DNA of 64,000 bases from an uncultured virus (IMG/VR IMGVR_UViG_3300001592_000009) (taxonomy: Duplodnaviria > Heunggongvirae > Uroviricota > Caudoviricetes). The translations under genes and the position numbers were made by a program. The notes below the pieces were generated by a model, which saw only the letters and a program-made list of their open reading frames with translations, was not told the origin of the DNA and did not search any database. Within the stretch, counting starts at the first letter, position 1; every line of letters starts with the position of its first letter. Where the stretch lies: the IMG/VR virus record IMGVR_UViG_3300001592_000009, one strand, 5' to 3'. This document shows, piece by piece, positions 16,895 to 27,197 of the stretch.

Positions 16895-19672
16895 ATGCCA
16901 ATAAGTGAGCAGAATGGTTTTGTATCCGAGGTTCGGAAGATCGTGCAACAGATGGGTGGTAAGAAACCCGCAGGCTCGATCTTGACCGATCCCGAACTGG
17001 CATCAGTGATTGCCAAACTTCAACGTCCTCGTGACCGTGTAGATACAGCGATCTCAAATCCGGATGGTGCGAGCGGCATGACCGTGGCAGGTGCTCAGGA
17101 GATCTCCCGGAGCATCATGGCTCGGATGGAGGATAACCAGAACACGATGCAGCTGTTTCCGGACATTGAGCTGGCAGAACAGATCGTCATCTCCTCCATC
17201 CTGGCGCCAAAGGATATGGGCTCGTCCGAGCTTATTTACAAGCTGACGGACAACCGTTTTCCAGCTGTCCTGACCAATGAACTGCTCGGTGTTCTCAAAG
17301 AACATATCTCCAAGAACTACAAGCTGAGAGAACAGTGTTCGGACATCTTGTCTGACGCCATGTTCAAGAAAGGCAGTCATGTCAAAGCCATCCTCCCTGA
17401 ATCGGCAGTAGATGAGCTCATCAACAGCAACAGCGTGGTCGCTACTGAAAACATCTTCCCTAGCGATATCTTTGCGGACCGCACAGGGAGCAGTCTGACC
17501 AGCATGAACCTCCTGGGAAGTCCTGTCCCCAAGGACACCACAGAACGCCGGAACCCGAAGTATGTGCTAGAGTCCATTGTGAATGCTGGCGCTGGCGTCA
17601 GTCCTTCCATTTACAACGAGGATGAATCTGTTCGAAAAGCACTTGAAGGTTTGGTCGAGGTCACTGACAACTACAACCTTCTGAAGTTCCAGAAACTGGT
17701 GGACGCTATCTCTGTCAGCTCTGTCCGTAAAGCCGTAGGCACACGCCTTGACAAGGCTTCGATGACCTTTGCCACGGAGAGCTACAAATTCTTCGAAGGA
17801 AAGAAGGCTGAAGGGAAGATGACGGAAGAGCAGATGAAACAACTGCTCTACCGCAACAGTGTGAGTCAATACAAGCCTTTCCTGACCATTCCGTCTAAGG
17901 ACAATCTCCGCCGGAAGAGCGTCGGTCGCCCTATGGTGATCGACATCCCCAGTGAAGCCGCTGTACCGATCCATGTGCCGGGCTCTCCGGAGAAACACAT
18001 CGGATACATGGTCCCGGTGGATGCGGATGGAAACTTCATCACTCTGGGTAGTGCGTTTGACAACGCCACCGGTATGGCTGGTATGATGTCTTCGGACAAG
18101 AGCAACAGCTCTCTNGGTAGTCTCTTGACAGAGAAGGCTCGAAAGAACCTGGCTACTCAGAACGAGCAGCCCACGATCGAGAATGCGACAGAAATCTACG
18201 CAGACATCATCGAGAAGGACTTTCTTCAGCGTCTGGCCAATGGGAAGTATGGTCGTGAACTGCGCATCGGTCGTAACATGGACATCATGCGTATCATGTT
18301 GATCCGGGCCTTGAAGGCACAGTTCACTCGACTGGTCTACGTGCCTTCGGAGTATGTGACCTACTTCGCGTTCAAGTACCATGACAACGGGGTCGGGAAG
18401 TCCTATCTGGATGACCTGGCCAACATCACCAGCCTGCGGGCTCTGGTGTTGTTCTCTAAGACCATGGCTCGGGTTAAGAGCTCCATCGAGACCACCCATG
18501 TGAATGTCAAGTTGGATCCACGGGATCACGATCCTGCGGGAACCCTGGAGAAAGCCAAGCATCTCATCGCCAAGACCCGACAGCAGTTCTTCCCCCATGG
18601 TCTGAACCGGGTGGTGGATCTGACAGACTGGATCTCTCGCGCCGGTATCCAGATCACGTTCGAAGGCCATCCCAAGATGCCTACGACGTCGTTTGACTTT
18701 GAGACCAAGAACATGCAGCACCCTCCGCCGGACGATGGTCTGGAAGAGGATTTCCGTTACCAGACCTACATGCACTTCGGTCTGAGTCCCGACGCTGTGG
18801 ATACGGCAGCCAAGTCGGACTTCGCTACCGTGATCGAGAAGAGNAGCATCATGTTCTCTAAACGGGTCACTGTTTGGAGCGACGCTTTCTCCGAGGATCT
18901 GACCGACTATGCGCGCAAGATCCTCAACAACGATAACGAACTGATTGACGCTCTGCTGGAAGTGCTCAAGAACAACAAGTCCGAAATCGATAGCATGATG
19001 ACGGATGAGGAGAAGGAGTTCTATACCGCACATCCCAAGGAGTTCTCGGAGTTTCTGATCTATCAGTTCTCTTCCTCTCTGAAAGTGGATCTGCCAAAAC
19101 CGGAATTCACCAGTTTGCAGAACATGAACACTTCGTTCTCTGACCGTGCCAACGCCTACAAGGCCGCGATCGAGTACGTCATCGACGAGAGCGTACTTCC
19201 CTCCGATCTGGGTGGTGAAGCATCGAACTACGTGGCTACACTCCAGAAGGTCTGGCTGGCTGGTCTCATGCGCAAGTGGATGGCTGAGAACAACTATGTG
19301 CCGGAAGTGATGGAGATCTCTCAGTTGAGTGAGGAAGGTAAGCCTGCGATCGATCTGCTGGAGCTCACTGAGTCCCATAGCAAGAACCTCATGTTGGCTG
19401 TCGCCACACTTCTCAACAAGGTGAAGTCGGCCCGTGTTGCAACCGATGCGGATCTGGCTAAGATCAACGCTGGTGATTCCAGTTCTTCCGGTGTCGACAC
19501 CAGCTCTTCTAGTTCTTCCGAGGATAGCGGAGGAGGAGAAGAGGGAGGTGGAGGCGAGGATGACTTCTCTTCCAATCCGTTTGATGACGGTGGCGGAGAA
19601 GGTGGAGCTGAGGGTGGTGAGGATGGGGGTGATGAGAATCTCACCGATCCAGGCAATAACCCCTTCGCTTAA
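16895..19672 (+). CDS. Portal protein (phiKZ gp129-like)
   Basis: About 925 aa. LFPDIEL...ISSILAP and NGVGKS.LD motifs, ATE maturation-type sites, acidic Gly-rich tail, SD AAGGAG. Confidence 0.75.
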   Translation: MPISEQNGFVSEVRKIVQQMGGKKPAGSILTDPELASVIAKLQRPRDRVDTAISNPDGASGMTVAGAQEISRSIMARMEDNQNTMQLFPDIELAEQIVISSILAPKDMGSSELIYKLTDNRFPAVLTNELLGVLKEHISKNYKLREQCSDILSDAMFKKGSHVKAILPESAVDELINSNSVVATENIFPSDIFADRTGSSLTSMNLLGSPVPKDTTERRNPKYVLESIVNAGAGVSPSIYNEDESVRKALEGLVEVTDNYNLLKFQKLVDAISVSSVRKAVGTRLDKASMTFATESYKFFEGKKAEGKMTEEQMKQLLYRNSVSQYKPFLTIPSKDNLRRKSVGRPMVIDIPSEAAVPIHVPGSPEKHIGYMVPVDADGNFITLGSAFDNATGMAGMMSSDKSNSSXGSLLTEKARKNLATQNEQPTIENATEIYADIIEKDFLQRLANGKYGRELRIGRNMDIMRIMLIRALKAQFTRLVYVPSEYVTYFAFKYHDNGVGKSYLDDLANITSLRALVLFSKTMARVKSSIETTHVNVKLDPRDHDPAGTLEKAKHLIAKTRQQFFPHGLNRVVDLTDWISRAGIQITFEGHPKMPTTSFDFETKNMQHPPPDDGLEEDFRYQTYMHFGLSPDAVDTAAKSDFATVIEKXSIMFSKRVTVWSDAFSEDLTDYARKILNNDNELIDALLEVLKNNKSEIDSMMTDEEKEFYTAHPKEFSEFLIYQFSSSLKVDLPKPEFTSLQNMNTSFSDRANAYKAAIEYVIDESVLPSDLGGEASNYVATLQKVWLAGLMRKWMAENNYVPEVMEISQLSEEGKPAIDLLELTESHSKNLMLAVATLLNKVKSARVATDADLAKINAGDSSSSGVDTSSSSSSEDSGGGEEGGGGEDDFSSNPFDDGGGEGGAEGGEDGGDENLTDPGNNPFA

Positions 19673-19716
19673 GAGAGTAACCTAGAAGAAAAAAGAAAAC
19701 CTTCTAGTGAATGAAC

Positions 19717-19765
19717 CATAGACCCATGGTGGAGCCCTTAGAGGCTCCACCATGGGTCTATGTCG
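19717..19765. terminator. Bidirectional hairpin terminator
   Basis: CATAGACCCATGGTGGAGCC / GGCTCCACCATGGGTCTATG, 20-bp stem between convergent genes. Confidence 0.8.
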
Positions 19766-20152
19766 CTAACTGTAGCTGATGTCTTCCCAACGCTCTCTCA
19801 TGCGCTGAATCGCCTCTTCAGGGACGTTGTGGATGCTCTTCCATTTGCCATCCATCACAACAATGGAAGGAACAATGGTCAACTCCTTACAGAGCTTGAA
19901 ATAGGGTTCCATTTCAAACCGCTGTGTGAAGGTGTTTGACACCACCACGTTCTGACCAGCGTACAACGCTTTCATGGTTCCTTCCAGACACCAGTTGTGC
20001 GCTTGGTTGAGCTTTTCACGATCAAAGACGTAGACACCGTTAACCATCATGAACATATCAGCCTCAAAGTGCCGATAGCCCTTCTTGACGTACCGCTGAG
20101 ACTCTGTGCTCTTCCCACTTCCAGGAAGACCCCGTATCAATACAAGCAGCAT
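19766..20152 (-). CDS. P-loop kinase (AAA_33 / polynucleotide kinase-like)
   Basis: RGLPGSGKST Walker A, VVVSNT, HNVP...I.RM..RWE. Confidence 0.85.
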   Translation of the reverse strand: MLLVLIRGLPGSGKSTESQRYVKKGYRHFEADMFMMVNGVYVFDREKLNQAHNWCLEGTMKALYAGQNVVVSNTFTQRFEMEPYFKLCKELTIVPSIVVMDGKWKSIHNVPEEAIQRMRERWEDISYS

Positions 20153-20260
20153 GTATGCTCCTCACTTATAGTAAAGAAAAGAAAGAGAGGGATGCGCCCT
20201 CTCTTCACTGTGTCGTCACAACCCCAGGGGGAGCCCTCGAGGGCTCCCCCTGGGACTATG

Positions 20261-20944
20261 TCACGACTTGAGATAGAAGACCGCTTTCATGTGGTCGTTC
20301 TGAAGTGGACCAAACTCATCCACCACCTCACCCTTGGTCACAGCTTCATGGGGTTTGATCACCATGATCTTGAGGATGCGATCCTCAGAGACTGCGTCAG
20401 AGATGTGTCGGGTCAGACCCGTCAACGGNATATCNACCGGGTAGTCTTTGCAGGCTACACAGCGGACGAAACCGTCAANGATGCTGAACTCCTTGGGGGT
20501 GAACATAGCGGACTGTGCCGACTTGGCCGTCTTGCGACGGGGTCGGTTGCGGTGCGACAGACTGNTGTCTGTCTCTCCTTTGGCGCTGTTCTTGTAAGCA
20601 GCAAGGAGTTCCGTGAGGCGTTGTTCCGTCATCGTACGCGGGATCTCTCGAACCCGCTCGATAAAGGAGTGCCATTTCTGAGGGATCACGTCCAGGTAGT
20701 CGTCCCGATAAACGTCCTCGAAGTATGCCCAGACTTCCTTCTCCAAGTAGTCATCCAAACCCTCTGAGGGTCCATCTTGACGGTACTTGGCAAGGTAGTC
20801 TTCGAACACTGCTTGAGTGGCTTCTACCAGGTAGTTCCACAAGAACGTCGTGCGTGACAAGTAGTACGAGATGTTGTCTTTGGAGGACGAGTCAGGTACA
20901 AAGCTCTGGTGTCGCCAGAGCGTGCCTTCCTTCTCCGTCTCCAT
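20261..20944 (-). CDS. Hypothetical protein
   Basis: Start METEKE with SD GGAGG, abutting the upstream stop. Confidence 0.6.
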   Translation of the reverse strand: METEKEGTLWRHQSFVPDSSSKDNISYYLSRTTFLWNYLVEATQAVFEDYLAKYRQDGPSEGLDDYLEKEVWAYFEDVYRDDYLDVIPQKWHSFIERVREIPRTMTEQRLTELLAAYKNSAKGETDXSLSHRNRPRRKTAKSAQSAMFTPKEFSIXDGFVRCVACKDYPXDXPLTGLTRHISDAVSEDRILKIMVIKPHEAVTKGEVVDEFGPLQNDHMKAVFYLKS

Positions 20945-20945
20945 A

Positions 20946-22628
20946 TCACACCTCCACGGCGTTGTACACGTCACCGTCCTCGTAAGAGCGGTGGATCGCG
21001 TACCGTGCGCCGTCACTGGTCACCAGCAGGATCTGCGAGGTCCGGATGTTCAACAACGAGGACTGTGCCCGCACCGCCTTGATCAGACGATGCAGCAGAG
21101 GTGTTCCTTCAGGCGTCATGCGCTTCGGAGCACCCTCGATGGTGTAACCCAGTTCTGCTGCTGTGGCCGTCACATACAGCAGGTTGTAGGCCACAGTCAG
21201 CTGCATAGAATGCCAGCCACCCGTGTCACCCACCGACGCATAGACGTCCACAGGCTCACCAGCCGCTTCACCCAGATCCACTTGCCCCACGCCCGCCAGG
21301 TCCAGGAAGAGTTCTTCCATGACATCACGCTGGTAGTTTGTGTAGGCCTTGTTGTACATGCCGTTGTATTTGTCCGACAGATACTTGCCCAGGCTGGGTG
21401 CGTCTTCCACGAAGGAAGTGACACGCACCTTGGGCAGCGACAGGCTGTTTGCAAGGAAGTCGTTCACGATACCCGTGAGTACACGGTCGATCTGAGAAAC
21501 AGCGTCCAGAGCAATACGCAGACCTGCCCCAGAGGGAGCTTCCTGCGCATACCTGCTGAGTACCGTGCCAAGATCTGCAAACGTACCACAGGCCTTCAGC
21601 TTGTTACGCAGAACATCCAGGGACTCCACAGACAGCACAGGATGCGCTACCAGCCCGACGGTCGAGAAGATGTCGAGTCCGTCTGCGAACTTCGACAGGT
21701 AGCGACCACGGGCCATGACACCGATTTCCCCCAGGCTGCTACCAGCCAACACAGTCTTGTCATAGTGGGTCTCACTAGGCTTCTTGCGTTCAGCTGCAGC
21801 TTCTTGGTGCTCGACCGCTTCTTCGAAACGACGGCGAAGCGGAGGTGTCGGCACCTTGTACTTCTGACCGAAGTAGATGATGGAATGTGCGTCGCGGTCC
21901 ATTTTTTCGATTTCTCCCGTAATGTGGGTGACTTTTTCTTCCACCTTCTTGTCAGACGCAGGTGCTTCTGCCTTGGCTTGATCGCGCTGTACACGGGACT
22001 GCTGCGAGGAACGAGCAGGAGGTGTGACACCGCCTCCGCCGGGGTGGGCGAGTGCGGTAGGACGAACAGCTGGTGGTCGTGCACCATAAGAGCGAACAGC
22101 CGGTGCAACAGGCGGAGTACCTGGACGTCCACCGTATCCGGGACGCACAGGAGCTCCTCGGTTGTAGAGAGCACCCAAGGCGCTGATGCGGTCCTCGTAT
22201 ACGCGGAAGTTGTCTTCCGCTGCACGGACATGCTCAGGAGCCATGCTCCGCATCAGATCCGGATGCGTGACAATCAACATGCTGGTGAACAAGGTCAAGG
22301 TTTCCTTGACAGCAGAATTCAAAGCCAGGTGAGGGCTTCCGTATTGTCCGTCACGGAACATCAACACGGCCGTATCGCAGACCATCTTGACGACGTCTGC
22401 GAAAGCGTTGTTTGCCCAGTTCATGTCACTGAGCATATTGTAGCAGAACACACGGGGACCGGACTGTCCCGACATGTAACTGGCTTCGTTGGCTACAGCA
22501 GCTGAAGCTGCTGTAAGGAGAGATTCGGCCTCGTGAAGAAGCTCAACCCGAGGAACGTAGGGTGGGTTGTTGTTGGGGTATTGAACGGGTTGGGACAGAA
22601 GTTCGTGGTCAGGATAGGGCAAGGGCAT
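20946..22628 (-). CDS. Conserved phiKZ-like protein downstream of the RNAP subunit (gp124-like position)
   Basis: 560-aa ORF with a Pro/Arg/Gly-rich central linker. Assignment rests on synteny. Confidence 0.55.
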   Translation of the reverse strand: MPLPYPDHELLSQPVQYPNNNPPYVPRVELLHEAESLLTAASAAVANEASYMSGQSGPRVFCYNMLSDMNWANNAFADVVKMVCDTAVLMFRDGQYGSPHLALNSAVKETLTLFTSMLIVTHPDLMRSMAPEHVRAAEDNFRVYEDRISALGALYNRGAPVRPGYGGRPGTPPVAPAVRSYGARPPAVRPTALAHPGGGGVTPPARSSQQSRVQRDQAKAEAPASDKKVEEKVTHITGEIEKMDRDAHSIIYFGQKYKVPTPPLRRRFEEAVEHQEAAAERKKPSETHYDKTVLAGSSLGEIGVMARGRYLSKFADGLDIFSTVGLVAHPVLSVESLDVLRNKLKACGTFADLGTVLSRYAQEAPSGAGLRIALDAVSQIDRVLTGIVNDFLANSLSLPKVRVTSFVEDAPSLGKYLSDKYNGMYNKAYTNYQRDVMEELFLDLAGVGQVDLGEAAGEPVDVYASVGDTGGWHSMQLTVAYNLLYVTATAAELGYTIEGAPKRMTPEGTPLLHRLIKAVRAQSSLLNIRTSQILLVTSDGARYAIHRSYEDGDVYNAVEV

Positions 22629-22718
22629 GGATCGCTCCGTGGATATTGCTGTCGGGTTTAGAAAGTCTTACAGCGCGACAGACAGAACACTGTAGACGGG
22701 TTGGAAAACGGATGAAAC

Positions 22719-24350
22719 TTAGTACGTGAACCATTTGCGGTTCGCGTCAATCAGTTCCTTGTACTTCAGGGATTCGACGACTGTGTAGGTACGGCCTTCG
22801 AGCGGAGCCCACATATTCAACCGAGCGATCGGTGTCGGTGTAGGCTTGGGCAGGTTCAGGATAGAACCCAGGGTAACCATGCTGAGGTCGATCCGATGTT
22901 GCGGACCTACAACAACGCGGTTGTTTTGCTGTCGACCAGCTCCGACCTGACTTTCCTGTTCAGCCAGGACAGCTGTGATCTTGGGGTACTTGTGGTCCCC
23001 GGAGTAGTTGACAGGCGTGGCGACAATCTTGCCTGATGACAAGCTGAAGATCTTCCCGGTCGGAACATAGCGGTTGAAGTTCTCCGTCACATCCTTGAGG
23101 GTGATGTTGTTGTTCCGGCGCTTCTCCGCTTTCTTCAATTCGAAATTGACCTTCACGAAACCTGAGATGATGTCATACAGCAGGTAGTACAGCACCTCCA
23201 GGTTCTTACCATAGACCTCCTGACCACGGCCCTGCTTCTCTTGGAGCATCTCATCGAAGTTCGAGTTGATGTAGTAAAGCATGTCGTAGTAGTCGTTCAG
23301 GAAGATTCCGCGCTCTGCGAGTTTGTCCTTCACAACAGTATCTAGGTAGCTGTCGAGGCTCTCTAAATGCTCCTGGATGTCCATGTAGAGACGACCATCA
23401 CCGTACTCGCCGCTGAAAACGATGTGTCCGATGAGGATCATCCACTCCGAAGGTCGATCCAAGATGGATGCGTCGGGTCGGAAACGAGTGGGGAAGTTAT
23501 CCGCCACGTAGAAGAACGCCACGATCATGCCTTCGATCGCTTTGCTCCACTGCTCCCTCCGTATCGCCAGACGAACACTGTGTCTCGCATACGGCTTGGA
23601 AATAAACCCGTTCGGAGGCACTCCCGTGGACTTGTAGATGATCCACTCGTCCTTCGGATAGTTCTCTTCACTGATCTCCGTACCACCGACGACAGGAACG
23701 ATCCCTGTAAAGCGTTTGAAGGCTTCACTGAACCCGTACTTGGCGAACAAGTAATGCGGTAGCGTAGTCAACGCCTTAGTCGTTACCCGAACACCTGGGT
23801 TCTTCTTCATGCGGTGGATCATGGACCAGACCACATAACGTGTCTCTGGGCGACCATCGATCACGACCGTATGGTAAGTACGGCGCATGATGTTACGATC
23901 CCTCTGAAGACGCACAAAGATCGTACCGCGACTGGGTGTGAACACCTTGTCAGACAGAACAGGAACCAGATGGTAGCGCGTACCTCCCAAGTAGATGATG
24001 CCTGCCGGCAGAACGTAAGGCAGATAGATATAGCGCGTGATGCGGTGCATCACGCCATCCATGTCCGTGAACGTGAAGTAATACTTCATCAGGTTCAGGG
24101 TGCTCTTTGCCAGATCAAAAGTCCGGCGGTTGCTACGAGGGCGGGTGATTTCCTCGTACTCTTCCTGGGTCGTACAGGGCTCGTATCCGTCATAGGTGAC
24201 GGATGGCGGAAAGCTGGCACAGACAGAGCGCAGTTGGGCGTCGAGATACTCCTCCATGTGTTTCACGGCGCCTACTGCGATACCGTCCATGACCTCCCGG
24301 TTCATGGGAACAGCGTAACGTGCTGTCATACGAGTGAATAGTCGATGCAT
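22719..24350 (-). CDS. Non-virion RNA polymerase beta-like subunit, N-terminal fragment (phiKZ gp123-like)
   Basis: 543 aa. YIYLPYV...IYLGGTRY.LVPVLSDKV resembles the RpoB G.FIING region and phiKZ gp123-type subunits. Confidence 0.75.
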   Translation of the reverse strand: MHRLFTRMTARYAVPMNREVMDGIAVGAVKHMEEYLDAQLRSVCASFPPSVTYDGYEPCTTQEEYEEITRPRSNRRTFDLAKSTLNLMKYYFTFTDMDGVMHRITRYIYLPYVLPAGIIYLGGTRYHLVPVLSDKVFTPSRGTIFVRLQRDRNIMRRTYHTVVIDGRPETRYVVWSMIHRMKKNPGVRVTTKALTTLPHYLFAKYGFSEAFKRFTGIVPVVGGTEISEENYPKDEWIIYKSTGVPPNGFISKPYARHSVRLAIRREQWSKAIEGMIVAFFYVADNFPTRFRPDASILDRPSEWMILIGHIVFSGEYGDGRLYMDIQEHLESLDSYLDTVVKDKLAERGIFLNDYYDMLYYINSNFDEMLQEKQGRGQEVYGKNLEVLYYLLYDIISGFVKVNFELKKAEKRRNNNITLKDVTENFNRYVPTGKIFSLSSGKIVATPVNYSGDHKYPKITAVLAEQESQVGAGRQQNNRVVVGPQHRIDLSMVTLGSILNLPKPTPTPIARLNMWAPLEGRTYTVVESLKYKELIDANRKWFTY

Positions 24351-24431
24351 CGGACCTCTTCTTGTTTTGACAAGTACCCATCTTGGCTAAGACCCTCTCC
24401 TCAGAGCCTCTAGCCAAGATGATATCAGTAC

Positions 24432-25751
24432 CTAAACATAATTTGCTTTTCCACCCCCGGTGGAACGAAGGATGACAAAAGCACCTGCAATGCCCATGAT
24501 GAAGGCCGGGACATACTTGAGGATCTCGCTGTAGTCCTTGCGCTGACTGCTGCGGGATTCGTAGTAGTCATCGCGGTGGCGGCTCCGAGACTCGTAGTAG
24601 TCTTTCCGATTCATGGAGTCTCTTTCAACCGCCTCCTTCTCCAGTTGACGGATGCGGTCCGTCAACTGGGTCTTCTCCTGGAGCTCTTGCATCAGCATGC
24701 GGTGTCGTTCTTCACGAACACGTTCCAACTCAGCGTTTGTCTGGCGTTGCTCCGTAAGGAAGGCGGCCCAGCGGTTCTCCATGATCTTGAGATCATGACC
24801 TGACTGAGACTCCTCCATCTTACGCTCCATGTTAACCACCTTGAGCTGCTCGGTGTCATGGACCAGCTTTGCCTTCGGATCTCCGTTGGTGTAAGCATGT
24901 TCCTTGGTGCGGTATACGCCGTGGTCACGTTCAGCCTCCTCATAGGTGTATTTCACCGTGGTGCGGGTGATGTCACCGTTGATGTCGCTGTTCATGGTCG
25001 TGATGTAAACACCAGACTCCAGCTTCGGGTCTTCAAAGGTGGGGATAGTGATCACGTCCTTACCACTGAACATGTAGCGGCGACCCGCCAGTCCTTCGTT
25101 GTCGATGGCTCGCACCATGATGCCGACATGTCCTGGCGAGGGTTTCACACGCCCCACCTCTAAGGCGGCGAGACCCTCGCTGCTGTTGGGATGGGGTACA
25201 CGCGCCAGACTGGGATGGATGGAGACCAGGCAGTCGGTCTCACGGATGTACATCGCTTCCAACTTCGAGAGCTGCGCGTAGTTGATATACACTACGGCAG
25301 TCTGGGAGAAGCTGCTGAGACCTCGGACCTCTCCTTCCCGCATCTGCTCAGACAAGATGCCGTCCAAATAGACAGAAGCATCTTGGGTCATGGGGTATAC
25401 CTTCTGCTCCAGCCGATGGGCTTCCAAGACGTTCTTGGTCACCCTCACGCCTTCAGAACGACTGTTGGTGGTGGTGATACGAATCTCCAGATGCCGATCG
25501 TTGCGGCGAGACAGTGTCTCATCCGTGTTGGCTGGCAACACTGTCACGATACCAGCCTGTGTTTTAAGGTACAGCATGGTCTTGGTATGGTTGCAGTACT
25601 CTACCCGGACCGATACACCTGCGTTGGCTGGAAGATCTCGCTGAGGGACAGCACAGATCTTTTCGGGCTTGAAGGTCTTTGGTACGGTGGAAGAGGTCAG
25701 TGGCTCATGCCGTGGTTTCACATCGGCGATGGTATCATCTACGATAGTCAT
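24432..25751 (-). CDS. Coiled-coil protein with C-terminal membrane anchor (gp122-like position)
   Basis: Coiled coil, repeated R.DYYESRS, terminal hydrophobic helix VPAFIMGIAGAFVIL. Confidence 0.65.
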   Translation of the reverse strand: MTIVDDTIADVKPRHEPLTSSTVPKTFKPEKICAVPQRDLPANAGVSVRVEYCNHTKTMLYLKTQAGIVTVLPANTDETLSRRNDRHLEIRITTTNSRSEGVRVTKNVLEAHRLEQKVYPMTQDASVYLDGILSEQMREGEVRGLSSFSQTAVVYINYAQLSKLEAMYIRETDCLVSIHPSLARVPHPNSSEGLAALEVGRVKPSPGHVGIMVRAIDNEGLAGRRYMFSGKDVITIPTFEDPKLESGVYITTMNSDINGDITRTTVKYTYEEAERDHGVYRTKEHAYTNGDPKAKLVHDTEQLKVVNMERKMEESQSGHDLKIMENRWAAFLTEQRQTNAELERVREERHRMLMQELQEKTQLTDRIRQLEKEAVERDSMNRKDYYESRSRHRDDYYESRSSQRKDYSEILKYVPAFIMGIAGAFVILRSTGGGKANYV

Positions 25752-25809
25752 TTAAAAACCCTCAGTTTGAAATAGAAAACAAGAAACAACAGGAGTTGTC
25801 ATCAGGTTG

Positions 25810-25826
25810 GATCTATATCGCCATAG
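25810..25826 (-). promoter_or_regulatory. Putative early-type phage promoter motif
   Basis: TCTATGGCGATATAGATC, a member of a five-copy motif family. Confidence 0.5.
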
Positions 25827-25920
25827 AGGCTTTCAAGACAGTGTGGCTGGGGTAGGTAGCGATTGACGGAACACAGCCCTCTAGGAGCCCAGTAAAGGGC
25901 TCCTAGAGGGTGTATTATTG

Positions 25921-26667
25921 TCAGTCTGCTTTTACTTCTTCTTTTGCCACCGGAGGCAAGATGTCAAAACCGAGACGCTTGCGATCCCCGCGAGAGAACC
26001 CTTGTGCTGGGAGCCAATAGCTTCCCATCTGATACAGAGGCTGAACGTACTCCGCCACTACCTGGAGTACGCAAGAACCGGGATCGATGGTGCGAGCACA
26101 CCTCGGACCCATCCAGGTGATCTGAGTACCTTCTACCCCATGGATATAGATCACACGAGCGATGGAAGCTACCGCCAGCATCAGTTCAGCTGTAGCACGC
26201 ACATGGCGCGGATACTTGCCACTGTGCTGAAGACCGGTGCGCAGTAGCTCCGTCACACGCTTGTCAAGCATGCCTTCACGGATCTTTTTCGAGAGAAGGG
26301 ATTTGTAGGCATTGTTACCGTCACCGGCGCCAACGATGACGACTGTGGGGGGTGCGAAAGTAGCGGTGTTGAACAACTGCACCGTGTCACCCGTGTTGTC
26401 CTTGGTCTGGACGTTCTTAGGGTTGTAACGGTTGGCGACCTCGATGAGGGCTTTCATCTGCTCCTCGGTCATGGTCTCTGGCAGTGTTTCTGCCGTGATG
26501 CCGGATGCCGCGAGGTCTCTGACAGCCTCTATCTTCTCTGTGGCTGTAAGATCGCTGACATCCATGGCAGTTTCAGGCTCTTGCGTTTCTACGCAGCCTT
26601 CGATAGCTTTGCAAATTTCAGGCTGAGATTCGGACAGGAGTCCGGAGGTGGCGTTAGACAGAAGCAT
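25921..26667 (-). CDS. Hypothetical protein
   Basis: ORF with SD AAGGAG, followed by hairpin 25878-25910. Confidence 0.65.
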   Translation of the reverse strand: MLLSNATSGLLSESQPEICKAIEGCVETQEPETAMDVSDLTATEKIEAVRDLAASGITAETLPETMTEEQMKALIEVANRYNPKNVQTKDNTGDTVQLFNTATFAPPTVVIVGAGDGNNAYKSLLSKKIREGMLDKRVTELLRTGLQHSGKYPRHVRATAELMLAVASIARVIYIHGVEGTQITWMGPRCARTIDPGSCVLQVVAEYVQPLYQMGSYWLPAQGFSRGDRKRLGFDILPPVAKEEVKAD

Positions 26668-26706
26668 GGTTTTCTCCTTGGTTCGATTGCGTTTGGGGGT
26701 GGACTG

Positions 26707-27108
26707 TTAACCGAGTTGTTTGCGAGACTCGTAGAAATCAAGATACGTGAAGTCTGGAGTGTCATTGAAGAGTGGTTTGTCCCAGAGATCGAAGTTCTCA
26801 GGAACGATGTTCAGGGCGATCAGGATCATCCCCACCGTGCCACTGATACCTTCTTCCACCATATGGTACTTCAGGGCGTAGTTGGTGAACTGTGGAGGGA
26901 GTGCCGACATAGCGGCAGCAGCGACTGCCAGCGGAAGCTCACCAAAGACTCCCTTGACAGGCTGCTCCCAGAGAGGACTGTCTCCTGGAACATCTTTAAT
27001 GATATCGTAGAAAGCGGACGTGGCTGCGTTCGGAGCTCCGGGCACGTAGCCGATGACTACAACCTTCTGCAGAAGCTCGTTGAGTTGTCCGATAAGATCG
27101 TCATCCAT
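26707..27108 (-). CDS. Hypothetical protein
   Basis: Likely start MDDDLIG. The upstream ORF extension crosses a terminator. Confidence 0.55.
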   Translation of the reverse strand: MDDDLIGQLNELLQKVVVIGYVPGAPNAATSAFYDIIKDVPGDSPLWEQPVKGVFGELPLAVAAAAMSALPPQFTNYALKYHMVEEGISGTVGMILIALNIVPENFDLWDKPLFNDTPDFTYLDFYESRKQLG

Positions 27109-27150
27109 GGAAAGACCTTTCTTGGTACATACGAATAGGGTCTGTGAAAC

Positions 27151-27185
27151 AAAAAGAAAACCACCGGTGAGGGCGGTCTTCTTTT
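27151..27185 (-). terminator. Intrinsic terminator, U-tract class
   Basis: GACCGCC-ctcacc-GGTGGTT followed by TTCTTTTT. Confidence 0.7.
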
Positions 27186-27197
27186 GAGAGGGGAAGC

